In this document: positions 1 through 10,006 of the stretch, piece after piece
Numbering within the stretch: position 1 is the first letter of the stretch
How the letters are laid out: each line of letters begins with the position of its first letter
NCBI GenBank assembly: GCA_041656495.1
Contig: JBBADJ010000004.1
Span: forward strand, 84,644-148,643
DNA: 64,000 bases
From: Candidatus Ratteibacteria bacterium
Lineage (GTDB): Bacteria; Ratteibacteria; UBA8468; B48-G9; DTJG01
Direction of reading: 5' to 3'
Position numbers and translations under genes: made by a program
Notes under the pieces: model-generated
Database searches by the model: none
The model's input: the letters and a program-made list of their open reading frames with translations, nothing else
What the model was told of the DNA's origin: nothing

Positions 1-61
1 AGAAAAAGGCGGTCTTGCGGGAAAACTCTTTCTCGGACTCCCCGCCTCTGCGGTTGTTAAC

Positions 62-250
62 TTGCTTAAAGAAGAAAATGGTACTATTGTGCTTGATTTT
101 ACTGTATCGGGACCATTTGAAACAATACGAACAGAATTGAAAAAAGCGATTGCAGTCTCTCTTGAAAAAAGTTTCAAACAGAACTTCTCAAACCGCGTAT
201 CTGGTTTTTTTAGAAGGATCGGAGAAAAGATTAGAAAACCATTCCGATAG
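62..250 (+). CDS. small hypothetical ORF at window edge (TTG start); may be spurious
   Basis: 62-aa ORF in track. No recognisable motif. Lies upstream of a consensus promoter. Confidence 0.15.
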   Translation: MLKEENGTIVLDFTVSGPFETIRTELKKAIAVSLEKSFKQNFSNRVSGFFRRIGEKIRKPFR

Positions 251-272
251 TCAGCCATTTTTGAAAAAAAGT

Positions 273-302
273 TTGACACTCTTTTTCTCCCCGCATTATA
301 AT
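273..302 (+). promoter_or_regulatory. sigma70-like promoter TTGACA-N18-TATAAT upstream of PEPCK gene
   Basis: TTGACA at 273-278 and TATAAT at 297-302 read directly from the sequence. About 100-130 bp upstream of the pckG start. Confidence 0.4.
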
Positions 303-430
303 AGCAATTAATCTTCAAATAAGTGGTCCTCTTTAAACTATAGAGATTTCTTCCAAACCTTTTTTTTGAAGAAAAAGTATAGGCCCTAAAAAAAAAGAAT
401 AAAAGATTGTTTTTACGTCGGAGAATTCCT

Positions 431-2338
431 ATGAAAGATTGTAGTGGGTTTTTAAGAAATCATCTTGATAAAGATAATTTTTCTGCGCTTGCCGCCATTG
501 CCAATAAAGAGCTTCACGCATTCATCGCAGATGCGATAGAACTCTGTGAACCTGAATCTGTATGGATTTGTACGGATTCCTCGGAAGATTTAAAAAAAGC
601 CAGAACCATGGCTGTTGAACTTAAAGAAGAAACTCCTCTCGCCATAGAAGGACATACAATCCATTTTGATGGAATAGATGATCAGGGGCGTGATCGCGAA
701 GTAACAAAGTACCTTGTCCCGCACGGTCAATTACTTGAAAAAAATCTTAATCAGATTGAACGGGAAGAGGGACTTACCGAGGTTCGCGGCCTTTTGAAAG
801 GCTCCATGAAAAACCGAACCATGATTGTACGGTTTCTAACGCTCGGTCCCAACAACTCTGTCTTCAGCATTCCCTGCGTTGAATGTACAGATTCCGCGTA
901 TGTTTCTCACAGCCTTGATCTACTCTATCGGCCTGGATATGAAGAGATGAAAAATGCAGGCAACCGCACTTCTTTCTTTGCCATCCTTCATTCTGCTGGA
1001 AAACTTGATAGTAGAATGGTCAGCGCGGAACCTGACAAAAAACGGATCTATATTGACCATACCACAGAAAGAGTGTATAGCGTCAATACACAGTATGCGG
1101 GAAATACGGTCGGACTAAAAAAACTTGCTTTGCGGCTTGCTATCAGAAAAGCCGACCGAGAAGGATGGCTTGCGGAACATATGTTTCTTATGGGTGTAAA
1201 AGGACCAAAAGGAAGAAAAAGCTTTTTTGCGGGCGCATTTCCAAGCGCATGCGGCAAAACTTCAACCGCTATGCTTCCCGGAGAAGAAATTATTGGCGAT
1301 GATCTTGTCTATTTTCATGTAATAAACGGAAAGTGCAGAGCAGTCAATGCCGAAGCAGGAATCTTCGGTATAATCCAAAATGTTAATGCAAAAGACGATC
1401 CTGCCATCTGGGAAGTTCTTACAAAACCCGGAGAAGTTATTTTTTCCAATGTTCTTGTAAATAACGGGAAACCGTACTGGCTTGGAATGGGAGAGCCATT
1501 GCCAAAAACCGGAGAAAATTTTTCCGGGCAATGGAAGAAAGGAAAGAAAACCAGTTCCGGAGAAGAAATTCCTCCCGCACATAAAAATGCAAGATACACG
1601 GTTTCGCTTCACCGCCTTAATAATTGCGGAAAAGAACTCAATGATCCTCAGGGAGTAGAACTTGCGGGAATCGTCTATGGAGGACGCGACGCAAATGCGT
1701 ACATTCCTGTCCAACAGAGTTTTTCATGGAACCATGGTATTGTTGCCTATGGCGCTGCCCTTGAAACAGAAACAACCTTCGCCACCATCGGAAAAGAAGG
1801 AGTTGCAGAAATAAATCTTATGAGTATCCAGGATTTTGTCTCTATTCCTCTTGGAAAATATCTACATAACAACCTTGAGTTCGGAAAAAAACTTACACAA
1901 CCTCCCCATATCTTTGGAGTAAATTATTTTCTCAGGAACTCGGAAGGAAATTTTCTCAATGAAGTACGCGACAAACATATCTGGATAAAATGGATGGAAC
2001 TCCGAGTACATGGAGAAGCTGATGCAATTATGGGACCAACAGGATGGATTCCCCTCTATAAAGATCTTGCAAAAATCTTTAAGGACTTGACAGGTAAAGA
2101 GTACGCAAAAGATGCATACCTTCAACAATTTTCAATCAGGATTCCTGAAAATATTGCAAAAATGGAACGGGTGATGGAATTTCACAGAAACTTTATTTCA
2201 GATACTCCTGAAGAAATTATTCGTATCCTGCAAGCACAAAAAAAACGCCTTGAAGAAACAGGTGAAAAATGCGGAACAATCGCCTCTCCGGAACAAATCG
2301 CCGTGGAATCGTTTCAATGGCAGAGAGAAGAGATATAA
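431..2338 (+). CDS. pckG: phosphoenolpyruvate carboxykinase (GTP)
   Basis: Full-length similarity to GTP-dependent PEPCK. The kinase-1a P-loop FPSACGKTS is present. The track ORF begins at a TTG at 407; the first ATG (MKDCSGF) is at 431. Confidence 0.9.
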   Translation: MKDCSGFLRNHLDKDNFSALAAIANKELHAFIADAIELCEPESVWICTDSSEDLKKARTMAVELKEETPLAIEGHTIHFDGIDDQGRDREVTKYLVPHGQLLEKNLNQIEREEGLTEVRGLLKGSMKNRTMIVRFLTLGPNNSVFSIPCVECTDSAYVSHSLDLLYRPGYEEMKNAGNRTSFFAILHSAGKLDSRMVSAEPDKKRIYIDHTTERVYSVNTQYAGNTVGLKKLALRLAIRKADREGWLAEHMFLMGVKGPKGRKSFFAGAFPSACGKTSTAMLPGEEIIGDDLVYFHVINGKCRAVNAEAGIFGIIQNVNAKDDPAIWEVLTKPGEVIFSNVLVNNGKPYWLGMGEPLPKTGENFSGQWKKGKKTSSGEEIPPAHKNARYTVSLHRLNNCGKELNDPQGVELAGIVYGGRDANAYIPVQQSFSWNHGIVAYGAALETETTFATIGKEGVAEINLMSIQDFVSIPLGKYLHNNLEFGKKLTQPPHIFGVNYFLRNSEGNFLNEVRDKHIWIKWMELRVHGEADAIMGPTGWIPLYKDLAKIFKDLTGKEYAKDAYLQQFSIRIPENIAKMERVMEFHRNFISDTPEEIIRILQAQKKRLEETGEKCGTIASPEQIAVESFQWQREEI

Positions 2339-2509
2339 GATATAGAGAGAAAAAAAATATCAGTATCAGAATACATCATGCGAATATAGTGAAATCATCT
2401 CTCTCTTGCGAAAAATTCCCGATCTTCTAAAAATTCTCCGAAACGCCATGCTTTCGTATTTGAAGATCTCTCTATAATAAGAGTATGTACTAAAAAAAAA
2501 TAGCGATCT

Positions 2510-3394
2510 TCAATCATTGAACGTGGTAAATGGCTCCTCTGGTTTTTCAGGTGCAAATTTCGCACATTCCCGCAGAAAATGAAGAGACCTTTTTAATGTT
2601 GATTCAAGATCAGAAGAATCTTTGAAAAATTCTTCCAGCGAAAACCATCCGCGGTATCCCACCTTTTTTAATCCGAAAAAAACCTCTATCCAGTCCAAAA
2701 TTCCACATTCAAGGGCGCAGGATTTTGTATACCATTTTACCCGCGGAACCGGACCAGGATGAAAATCGCCCGAAGGAACAAAAAGAATGTTTTTCGCATG
2801 CACATACGAAAGATAGGGAAGAAGCATTTCTACGGCTCCCCGGGGACGGATCCCTCCTTCAACAACTCCATTGGCAGGGTCATAAATTATTCCCACATAC
2901 GCGGGATCAAGTCCATCCATTAAGTAACGAATAAGAGGAATAGAGGCAGAGATTCCGGAAGCATGGGTCTCCACCACATAGGTAATGCCATACTCTTTCC
3001 CTAATGGAAGGAGATTTTCCAGACCTTCTCTTGTTATCTTCACCATTTCAGGATACGATGCTCGTTGGTGAAGGGATTCATCAAAATTCCACGCAATCCA
3101 CGGAGGAGAAACCCGTAACATTTTTCCTCCATTAGGAGCAATCGCATCGCTCCATCGACGGATTACATCGCTCTTCCAAAGATGACCGGCATTTAGATAA
3201 CCAACGATGTCAAGGCCGTAATCATCACTTATTTTCCGCATCTCGCGAGAGGCTTCTGGTGCCTTGTCCAATGGCGGAAGTCCCCATTCAATTCCCTGGG
3301 CTCCAATTTTTTTTGCAAGAATCGCAATTTCTTCGTACGACATTCCCTTTAAGCTATTAGTATTAATAGCGTACTGAAAGCGATCTGCCGGCAT
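2510..3394 (-). CDS. sugar phosphate isomerase/epimerase (xylose-isomerase-like TIM barrel) family protein
   Basis: 294 aa with a TIM-barrel pattern typical of the AP-endonuclease-2/xylose-isomerase-like family. GGAGG ribosome-binding site before the ATG. Confidence 0.55.
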   Translation of the reverse strand: MPADRFQYAINTNSLKGMSYEEIAILAKKIGAQGIEWGLPPLDKAPEASREMRKISDDYGLDIVGYLNAGHLWKSDVIRRWSDAIAPNGGKMLRVSPPWIAWNFDESLHQRASYPEMVKITREGLENLLPLGKEYGITYVVETHASGISASIPLIRYLMDGLDPAYVGIIYDPANGVVEGGIRPRGAVEMLLPYLSYVHAKNILFVPSGDFHPGPVPRVKWYTKSCALECGILDWIEVFFGLKKVGYRGWFSLEEFFKDSSDLESTLKRSLHFLRECAKFAPEKPEEPFTTFND

Positions 3395-3568
3395 ATATCC
3401 TCCCTCCTATATAAAAAAAAAGAAAAAAGGTCTCTTCTTCCTTCCCAAAGGAAAGAAGTTCTGAAAATTTCTAAAAAAAAATAGAGAATTTGTCACTCTG
3501 CATAAGCCAGTATATAATAGATAAACAAAAAAATGAATTCTTGAAAAATATTCTCACTGGAGGATCTA

Positions 3569-4609
3569 ATGCACAAATGGAAAATCGGAACTATCATAGG
3601 AATATTCATTCTTTCCGCGTTCCTTCTTTCTTCTCCTTCCGCATACAGCCAAAGAAAGAGCACCGCAAAACCGATTGAATTGGCATACTCCATCTTCTTT
3701 CCTACAAACCATACGCTCTCTCTTTCTGCGGCGGCATGGGCGAAAGAAATAGAAAAAAGGAGTAATGGAAGAGTCAAAATCAACCTCTTTTATGGCGGAA
3801 CCTTGACCCCTGCCGACAAATGTTACGATGGCGTGGAAAAAGGTATTTCCGACCTTGGACAGTCCTGTATGGCATACTCTCGGGGACGCTTTCCCTTGAG
3901 CGAAGTTATAGATCTTCCCCTCGGCTACCAGAACGGGCTTCAGGCAACCAGAGTAATCAATGCCTTTTACCGTAAGTTTAAACCTGCGGAATATGCGGGT
4001 GTTCAGGTAATGTATTTTCATGCCCATGGACCAGGACTTCTTCATACCAAAAGTCCTGTCCGCTCTTTGGAACAGGTAAAAGGAAAAAAAATACGCTGTA
4101 CGGGTCTTGCCGCAAAAGTGGTAACTTCTCTCGGAGGAGTACCGGTGGCAATGCCTATGGGAGAAACCTATGATGCATTAAGCCGAGGTATTGTCAATGG
4201 TTCAATGGCGCCTGTGGAATCTCTTGAAAACTGGAAGTGGGGAGAAGTTGTCGGATGTACCACAGAAAATTATGGCTCTTCTTACACAACCGGAATGTTT
4301 GTTGTAATGAATAAAAATAAATGGAATAGCCTTCCTGCGGATATCAAACAGATCTTTCTCAGAGTCAATAATGAATGGATTGATAAGAGCGGAAGAGCAT
4401 GGGACGAAGCTGACGCAAAAGGAAGAATCTTTATCAAAAAACTCGGCAATACAGTTGTTCCCATTTCAAAAAAAGAAAATGCGCGATGGGCGAAAGCTGT
4501 AAAACCGATTATGGATGAATATGTAACCGCAATGCAAGCAAAAAGACTTCCGGGAAAAGAAGCGCTTGACTTCTGTCTTTCACAGGTAAGACGATTTGCG
4601 CCTAAATAA
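3569..4609 (+). CDS. TRAP transporter solute-binding protein, DctP family (paralogue 1)
   Basis: N-terminal signal peptide. DctP-family similarity over the full length. Near-identical stretches to the second copy at 6386-7411. Confidence 0.8.
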   Translation: MHKWKIGTIIGIFILSAFLLSSPSAYSQRKSTAKPIELAYSIFFPTNHTLSLSAAAWAKEIEKRSNGRVKINLFYGGTLTPADKCYDGVEKGISDLGQSCMAYSRGRFPLSEVIDLPLGYQNGLQATRVINAFYRKFKPAEYAGVQVMYFHAHGPGLLHTKSPVRSLEQVKGKKIRCTGLAAKVVTSLGGVPVAMPMGETYDALSRGIVNGSMAPVESLENWKWGEVVGCTTENYGSSYTTGMFVVMNKNKWNSLPADIKQIFLRVNNEWIDKSGRAWDEADAKGRIFIKKLGNTVVPISKKENARWAKAVKPIMDEYVTAMQAKRLPGKEALDFCLSQVRRFAPK

Positions 4610-4672
4610 GAAAAGATAGAATCAATAAAAGGTATACCCAACCCAGAAGGCAGAGAAAAAAATCTTCTCTAT

Positions 4673-6139
4673 TCAGGCGGAAGAATTCTTCCAGAATGTA
4701 GAAAGAATCTCTACGGTTCGTTCCGCAACCTTCCAGCCACCGTCGCTTCCTACAGGATTACTTGCAGGCACTGAACCATATCCGCCTCCTGCCACAGAAC
4801 GATTGCTCGGCACATACGTACCCGCGCCCGCAAGTTGTACCAGAAAGGTCTGCACCGCCTTGCTTTGAGCTTTAATGTAAATCCCGAAATCAAGGTAGTA
4901 TTCAAAACAGTTGGTTGCAATAGCAATATCGCCAAGACGGATGATATGAAGTTCAGTAGGAATTGTCGGCTTCTGTTGCTGATTGTTGAAACGATCAATA
5001 ACACGGCGGTACCACCTCATTCTCCGATAGAAAGAAGAAAGAGTACAGTACCACCGCGATTCCTTTCTATATGAATCGGGATCTTCCATAAAACGTTTTT
5101 TCTCTTCTTCATATTGAGAGTAAAACCTGTCCGCCTCCTTTCTCGCATATTCCATATCTTTACTTGTTAAGAAAGATTGCGGAAGATCCATTCTTTCCAC
5201 ATGATGAAGAAGGAAAGGAAGGTTTGGCGAAGCATGGTTCAAGGCATGCATAATATCCTCAACTGAAGAAAGAATACGATGGGCAATTTCTTCACGGTTG
5301 CTTCTTCCATGTAATGAAGCCATCCGCGCATCTGCCTCTTTTTCATATAACAAATGAGGAGATTGATCTCCTGCCGCAGAGCACTGTGCAAGAATAAAAA
5401 GCTTTTCTCCAAACCTTTTACGTAACGCGACGCGAACATCATGCCAGTAATCTGCGCTTATACGAAACTCTCCTTCCTCTTCCTGCGAAGGACAAGGAAT
5501 GTTTACCACCAATCCGGTTACAAGGCCTTCGCTATTCTTTGTGACCAAAAGGTTCACGCTATGATCTTCGTATCCTTCTATATGGCTGAAGAGTTCAGTA
5601 TCGGTCTTTCCATACATTGTAGAGATTCCCTCTCTATTTACCCATCTTCGGTTTCTTCCCACAACCGCATATCCTTTCCCATACAAGGTACTTCCCTCTT
5701 TACGAGAATTCCATGCCTCTTTAATCACATCTGCAATACGCTCAGTGGCAAAAGCGACATATTCCTCCACAGACATCACAGGAAGCGCAAGAAATTCTCC
5801 TTCATTATGAATATCCAATTTATTCTCTATTGAAACCTCGGGAGCAGTATGAGTATGGGTCGCATGAAGAATAATCTTCATCGGATCAATCTCTCTATTT
5901 CTCTGGGAAACCAAGGTACGAACCGCATCACGAAAAGAATTCGGAATAGAAACAAGATCACAACTTACCAGAAGAAGATGATCTTTGGAAGAGTCTATTG
6001 CCAATACTGTTATTGTAACAGGGTCCTTCACTCCTTCAGAAACCCTGGAATGAAATTGTCCCGCTAACAAAACCGGCTGATCCGGAGTAATATCGGCTTG
6101 CGCCCATCCAATCTTCAGGATTTCACTATTATCCTTCAT
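4673..6139 (-). CDS. neutral/alkaline ceramidase-like hydrolase family protein
   Basis: LHATHTHTAP motif resembles the ceramidase HTHSGP zinc site. Length and N-terminal-domain pattern fit. The likely start is the ATG after the AAGGGGG ribosome-binding site (MKDNSEIL), inside the 4673-6211 ORF. Confidence 0.45.
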   Translation of the reverse strand: MKDNSEILKIGWAQADITPDQPVLLAGQFHSRVSEGVKDPVTITVLAIDSSKDHLLLVSCDLVSIPNSFRDAVRTLVSQRNREIDPMKIILHATHTHTAPEVSIENKLDIHNEGEFLALPVMSVEEYVAFATERIADVIKEAWNSRKEGSTLYGKGYAVVGRNRRWVNREGISTMYGKTDTELFSHIEGYEDHSVNLLVTKNSEGLVTGLVVNIPCPSQEEEGEFRISADYWHDVRVALRKRFGEKLFILAQCSAAGDQSPHLLYEKEADARMASLHGRSNREEIAHRILSSVEDIMHALNHASPNLPFLLHHVERMDLPQSFLTSKDMEYARKEADRFYSQYEEEKKRFMEDPDSYRKESRWYCTLSSFYRRMRWYRRVIDRFNNQQQKPTIPTELHIIRLGDIAIATNCFEYYLDFGIYIKAQSKAVQTFLVQLAGAGTYVPSNRSVAGGGYGSVPASNPVGSDGGWKVAERTVEILSTFWKNSSA

Positions 6140-6385
6140 ATGCGCCCCCTTTATTCTCTGAACCATGCTATTGTATTTTTTTGATTCTATCCTTTTTCTC
6201 ATCTTACACAAAAAGGGAAAAAAAACAATACTTTGAGCAATTCTCTAAAATAACAGAGGTATAATCTTTTAAGAATAAAAAGTTTCAAACCTACACTATT
6301 ACAGATCAAAGCGATTTGTACTTCAAGAGAAAGAAGGTATAATAAAATTTTAATGTATACGGTTCAACCTAGGGGGGGCCGAGTT

Positions 6386-7411
6386 ATGAAAAAAAGAGTC
6401 AGTGTTTTTGTTGCAATTGCTATACTCTTTTCTGTTTCTGTCGCGTCCGCCCAGCGTGCGCCGCGAACAAAGCCCATTGAACTTGCCTACTCCATCTTCT
6501 TCCCCTCCAACCATCTTGTCGCAATAGCCTCGGCAGAATGGGCAAAAGAGGTAGAAAAACGGACCAATAGACGCGTAAGGATCAATATTTTTTATGGCGG
6601 GACCCTCACACCTGCAGATAAATGTTATGACGGAGTAGAAAAAGGAATTTCTGATCTAGGGCAGTCGTGTATGGCATATACGCGAGGAAGATTTCCATTA
6701 AGCGAGGTTATAGACCTTCCACTCGGATACCAAAACGGTCTACAAGCAACCAGGGTAATCAATGCCTTTTACCAAAGGTTCCAACCCGCAGAGTATGCGG
6801 GAGTGAAAGTAATGTATTTTCATGCCCATGGTCCAGGACTCCTCAGTTCCAAAAGTCCTGTCCGCACACTGGAAGATCTAAAAGGAAAAAAAATCCGCTG
6901 TACTGGTCTTGCCGCCAAAGTTATCAGCGCGCTTGGAGGAATCCCAGTCGCAATGCCTATGGGAGAAACTTATGATGCGTTAAGCAGAGGTATTGTTCAA
7001 GGTTCAGTATCTCCTATTGAATCCTTAAAAAGTTATAAATGGGGCGAAGTGGTAAACAGTACCACTGAAAATTATGGCTCTGCTTACACAACCGGAATGT
7101 TCGTAGTAATGAATAAAAATAAATGGAATAGCCTTCCTGCGGATATCAGGCAGATTATTGAAAAAATTAACCGAGAATGGATTGATAAAAGCGGAAGAGC
7201 ATGGGACCAGGCAGATAAAGAAGGAAGAGAATTTTTGACAAAACGCGGCAATTCTATCCTGTCTCTCTCTAAAAATGAAAATGACCGTTGGCGCAATGCG
7301 ATAAAACCGATTATGGACGAATATGTGGCGGATATGAAGGCAAAGGGTCTTCCGGGACAAAGGGCGCTTGATTTCTGTCTTTCTCAGATAAAAAAAGGGT
7401 CCGCGAAATAA
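6386..7411 (+). CDS. TRAP transporter solute-binding protein, DctP family (paralogue 2)
   Basis: Signal peptide MKKRVSVFVAIAILF. High identity to the 3569-4609 product. Directly followed by dctQ and dctM. Confidence 0.85.
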   Translation: MKKRVSVFVAIAILFSVSVASAQRAPRTKPIELAYSIFFPSNHLVAIASAEWAKEVEKRTNRRVRINIFYGGTLTPADKCYDGVEKGISDLGQSCMAYTRGRFPLSEVIDLPLGYQNGLQATRVINAFYQRFQPAEYAGVKVMYFHAHGPGLLSSKSPVRTLEDLKGKKIRCTGLAAKVISALGGIPVAMPMGETYDALSRGIVQGSVSPIESLKSYKWGEVVNSTTENYGSAYTTGMFVVMNKNKWNSLPADIRQIIEKINREWIDKSGRAWDQADKEGREFLTKRGNSILSLSKNENDRWRNAIKPIMDEYVADMKAKGLPGQRALDFCLSQIKKGSAK

Positions 7412-7476
7412 AGATCTTTTATCCTTCAAAGAAAAAAAACTTTGAATGTTGCCACAGTTATCTTTAGGAGAAAGCT

Positions 7477-7962
7477 ATGATAAAGGGAATTGAATCATTT
7501 GTATTTCAATCAAGTAAAGCATTGCGGCTCATCTCAGGAGTCGCCTTAACATTTTTAATGTTATTAACAATAGCGGATGTTATCCTTCGCGCATTTGGAA
7601 AACCCATAGTCGGCGCCTATGAGTTGGTCGCCTTCTCAGGCGCGATTGTCATTGGATTTGCGCTTCCGATTACTTCATGGCACCGCGGCCATATCTACGT
7701 TGAATTTATAACAGATATTCTTCCGAAAAAAATCAGAAATGCCTTTCATATCATTACCCGTCTGATGGGAATTATCTTCTTCTTGCTTGCAGGATGGAAC
7801 CTTTTTTTAGTAGGAATGGATCTTAAACGAAACCAGGAGGTCTCCCTTACTCTACGGCTTCCTTTTTATCCTATCGCCTATGGACTTGCGGTGAGCGCTT
7901 TTCTTCTCTGTTTAGTCTTATGTGTCGATATTTTCAAAATAGTAAGAGGTGAATATGAATGA
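7477..7962 (+). CDS. dctQ: TRAP transporter small permease subunit DctQ
   Basis: 161 aa with four predicted transmembrane helices. Position between dctP and dctM. Confidence 0.8.
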   Translation: MIKGIESFVFQSSKALRLISGVALTFLMLLTIADVILRAFGKPIVGAYELVAFSGAIVIGFALPITSWHRGHIYVEFITDILPKKIRNAFHIITRLMGIIFFLLAGWNLFLVGMDLKRNQEVSLTLRLPFYPIAYGLAVSAFLLCLVLCVDIFKIVRGEYE

Positions 7963-9256
7963 AGTACTTTTTGGTATCATCGGACTCTGCACCGCACTCC
8001 TGCTCTTTCTCACCGGCATAGAATTGGGTTTCGCCATGGCGATTGTTGGATTTCTTGGATTTTCTCTGCTACGATCCTTTGAAGCTGGTCTTAATATGGT
8101 CGCAAAAGATCTTTTTGATGTTTTTTCTTCCTATAGTTTTACTGTTATCCCTCTCTTTGTCTTAATGGGACAGATCGCTTTTAATGCGGGAATCGCACGC
8201 AGGCTCTATAAAGCCGCCTATAGATTCTTCGGCCATATTCCTGGCGGGCTCGCTGTCGCTACTGTGGCAGGCGCCACCATTTTCAAGGCAATTTGCGGAT
8301 CGTCTCCTGCCACCGCCGCTACATTCGCCAGTGTCGCTGTTCCTGAAATGGATAGATACGGATATGCAAAAAAGCTTTCTACCGGCATTGTTGCGACAGT
8401 AGGAACCCTTGGAATACTTATTCCTCCAAGCGTTACGCTGATTATCTTTGGAGTTATTACCTCCCAATCCATTGGAAAACTCTTTCTTGCAGGTTTTTTT
8501 CCAGGGCTTATCATTGCATTTCTCTTTATCGTAATTATCATCGGTTGGTGCAAAATAGACCCTTCCCTCGGACCTCACGGAGAACGGTCTACATGGCAAG
8601 AACGGTTCAAAACATTGCCTGAAGTCTTCTTTGTGGGAATTGTTTTTTTACTGGTAATCGGCGGTATGATGAAAGGATTTTTTTCTCCCACAGAAGCTGG
8701 AAGCGTAGGCTGCCTTGCAGTACTCCTTTTGGCGATTGGAGAACGTGCATTTTCTTTCAGAAAGTTCTTTACATCGTTGGATGAATCAATCAAGATCGCC
8801 TGCATGGTTCTTATGCTCATTGCCGGATCAACCATTCTTGGCCATTTTCTCGCAGTAACACGGATTCCGATGATTGCCGCAGAATGGGTCGCAAACCTTC
8901 CCCTCCATCGGTACCTGATTATGACAATTATCGCCTTTATCTATCTGATTGGAGGATCTTTTATTGATGATCTTGCCTTTATGGTTCTTGCGACTCCTAT
9001 CTTCTATCCTGTTGTATTAAAGCTGAACTTTGATCCTATCTGGTTCGGTATTCTTATCGGTATCACGGTTATGATCGGAGTGGTAATTCCGCCTGTAGCA
9101 ATGAATGTCTTCATTGTAAAGAAAATTACTAAAACACCGCTTAGTGTAATTTACAGCGGTGTGTATCCATTCCTCTTAAGCCTTATTCTCTGTGCGATTC
9201 TTCTCTTTATTTTTCCGCAGATCGCCACATTCCTGCCATCGGTGCTAATGAGGTAG
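7955..9256 (+). CDS. dctM: TRAP transporter large permease subunit DctM
   Basis: About 430-aa polytopic membrane protein with DctM-family similarity. The ATG lies after an AGAGGTGA ribosome-binding site and overlaps the dctQ stop. Confidence 0.85.
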   Translation: MNEVLFGIIGLCTALLLFLTGIELGFAMAIVGFLGFSLLRSFEAGLNMVAKDLFDVFSSYSFTVIPLFVLMGQIAFNAGIARRLYKAAYRFFGHIPGGLAVATVAGATIFKAICGSSPATAATFASVAVPEMDRYGYAKKLSTGIVATVGTLGILIPPSVTLIIFGVITSQSIGKLFLAGFFPGLIIAFLFIVIIIGWCKIDPSLGPHGERSTWQERFKTLPEVFFVGIVFLLVIGGMMKGFFSPTEAGSVGCLAVLLLAIGERAFSFRKFFTSLDESIKIACMVLMLIAGSTILGHFLAVTRIPMIAAEWVANLPLHRYLIMTIIAFIYLIGGSFIDDLAFMVLATPIFYPVVLKLNFDPIWFGILIGITVMIGVVIPPVAMNVFIVKKITKTPLSVIYSGVYPFLLSLILCAILLFIFPQIATFLPSVLMR

Positions 9257-9343
9257 TACTGATAAACCAAGAAACCGGGGAAAAGGGTGGAAGAACTTAA
9301 AGGAATGAAAAAGAGAGCCGCGGAATTACAATACGATTCTCAT

Positions 9344-9964
9344 TCACTCCCGCTGAAAAAGAGATTGAAACGCAAGAATCGTTCCATATACATCGGAAGA
9401 GGAGACTACCGCGGAAATAGCGCATATTGAATCAGCTCCCGCGGAAATAACTTTTCCGGCATTTTCTAATGTAATGCCTCCGATTGCCACAAGAGGCAGG
9501 GAAAATTTAGTTTTAATGTCGCGAAGCAACCCAATACCCGCGGGTATCCCTGCATCTTCCTTGGTAGAGGTAGAAAAGATCGGAGAAACCCCGAGATAGT
9601 CGGCGCCATCGTTCACTGCCTGTTCTGCCTCTTCCACGGTATGCACGGTAACACCAATAATTTTTTCTGATCCAAGAAGTTGTCGCGCTCTTTTACAGGG
9701 CATGTCATCCTGGCCTAAATGCACACCATCCGCATGTACCGAAGAGGCAATATCAACCCTATCATTCACTAAAAAAAGTACAGGAGGAGAGATCATCTTC
9801 CGAAGAAGAAGTGCCTCGTTCAATAAATCAAGGGTTGAACCGATTTTCTGGCGGTACTGAATAACCGAAACTCCCGCCTTGCAAGCCTGTTCTACATCAT
9901 AAAGAGTTCCTTTTCTGCTTAGCGTTGAATCAGTAATAAAATAATATCCTGCCACATTCTTCAC
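9344..9964 (-). CDS. thiE: thiamine-phosphate synthase
   Basis: 206 aa with ThiE family similarity (YYFITD and VAIGGI motifs). GTG start after an AGGAGG ribosome-binding site. Confidence 0.8.
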   Translation of the reverse strand: MKNVAGYYFITDSTLSRKGTLYDVEQACKAGVSVIQYRQKIGSTLDLLNEALLLRKMISPPVLFLVNDRVDIASSVHADGVHLGQDDMPCKRARQLLGSEKIIGVTVHTVEEAEQAVNDGADYLGVSPIFSTSTKEDAGIPAGIGLLRDIKTKFSLPLVAIGGITLENAGKVISAGADSICAISAVVSSSDVYGTILAFQSLFQRE

Positions 9965-10006
9965 ATTACCTCCTGAATAATATGCTTTTTTTTCTTCTGT
10001 CCTCTT

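Noticed and set aside
1262-1714. Antisense ORFs inside pckG. Similar nested ORFs occur at 8162-8599 in dctM, 30791-31440 in copA, 55616-56173 in the D-aminoacylase gene, and 57788-58090 in the ABC-F gene.
   Set aside because: They are embedded opposite strongly supported genes. The composition is typical of shadow ORFs.
9965-10006. TPP riboswitch upstream of thiE
   Set aside because: Only 42 bp separate thiE from the upstream HerA-like gene. There is no room for a THI-box aptamer; thiE is probably read through from upstream.
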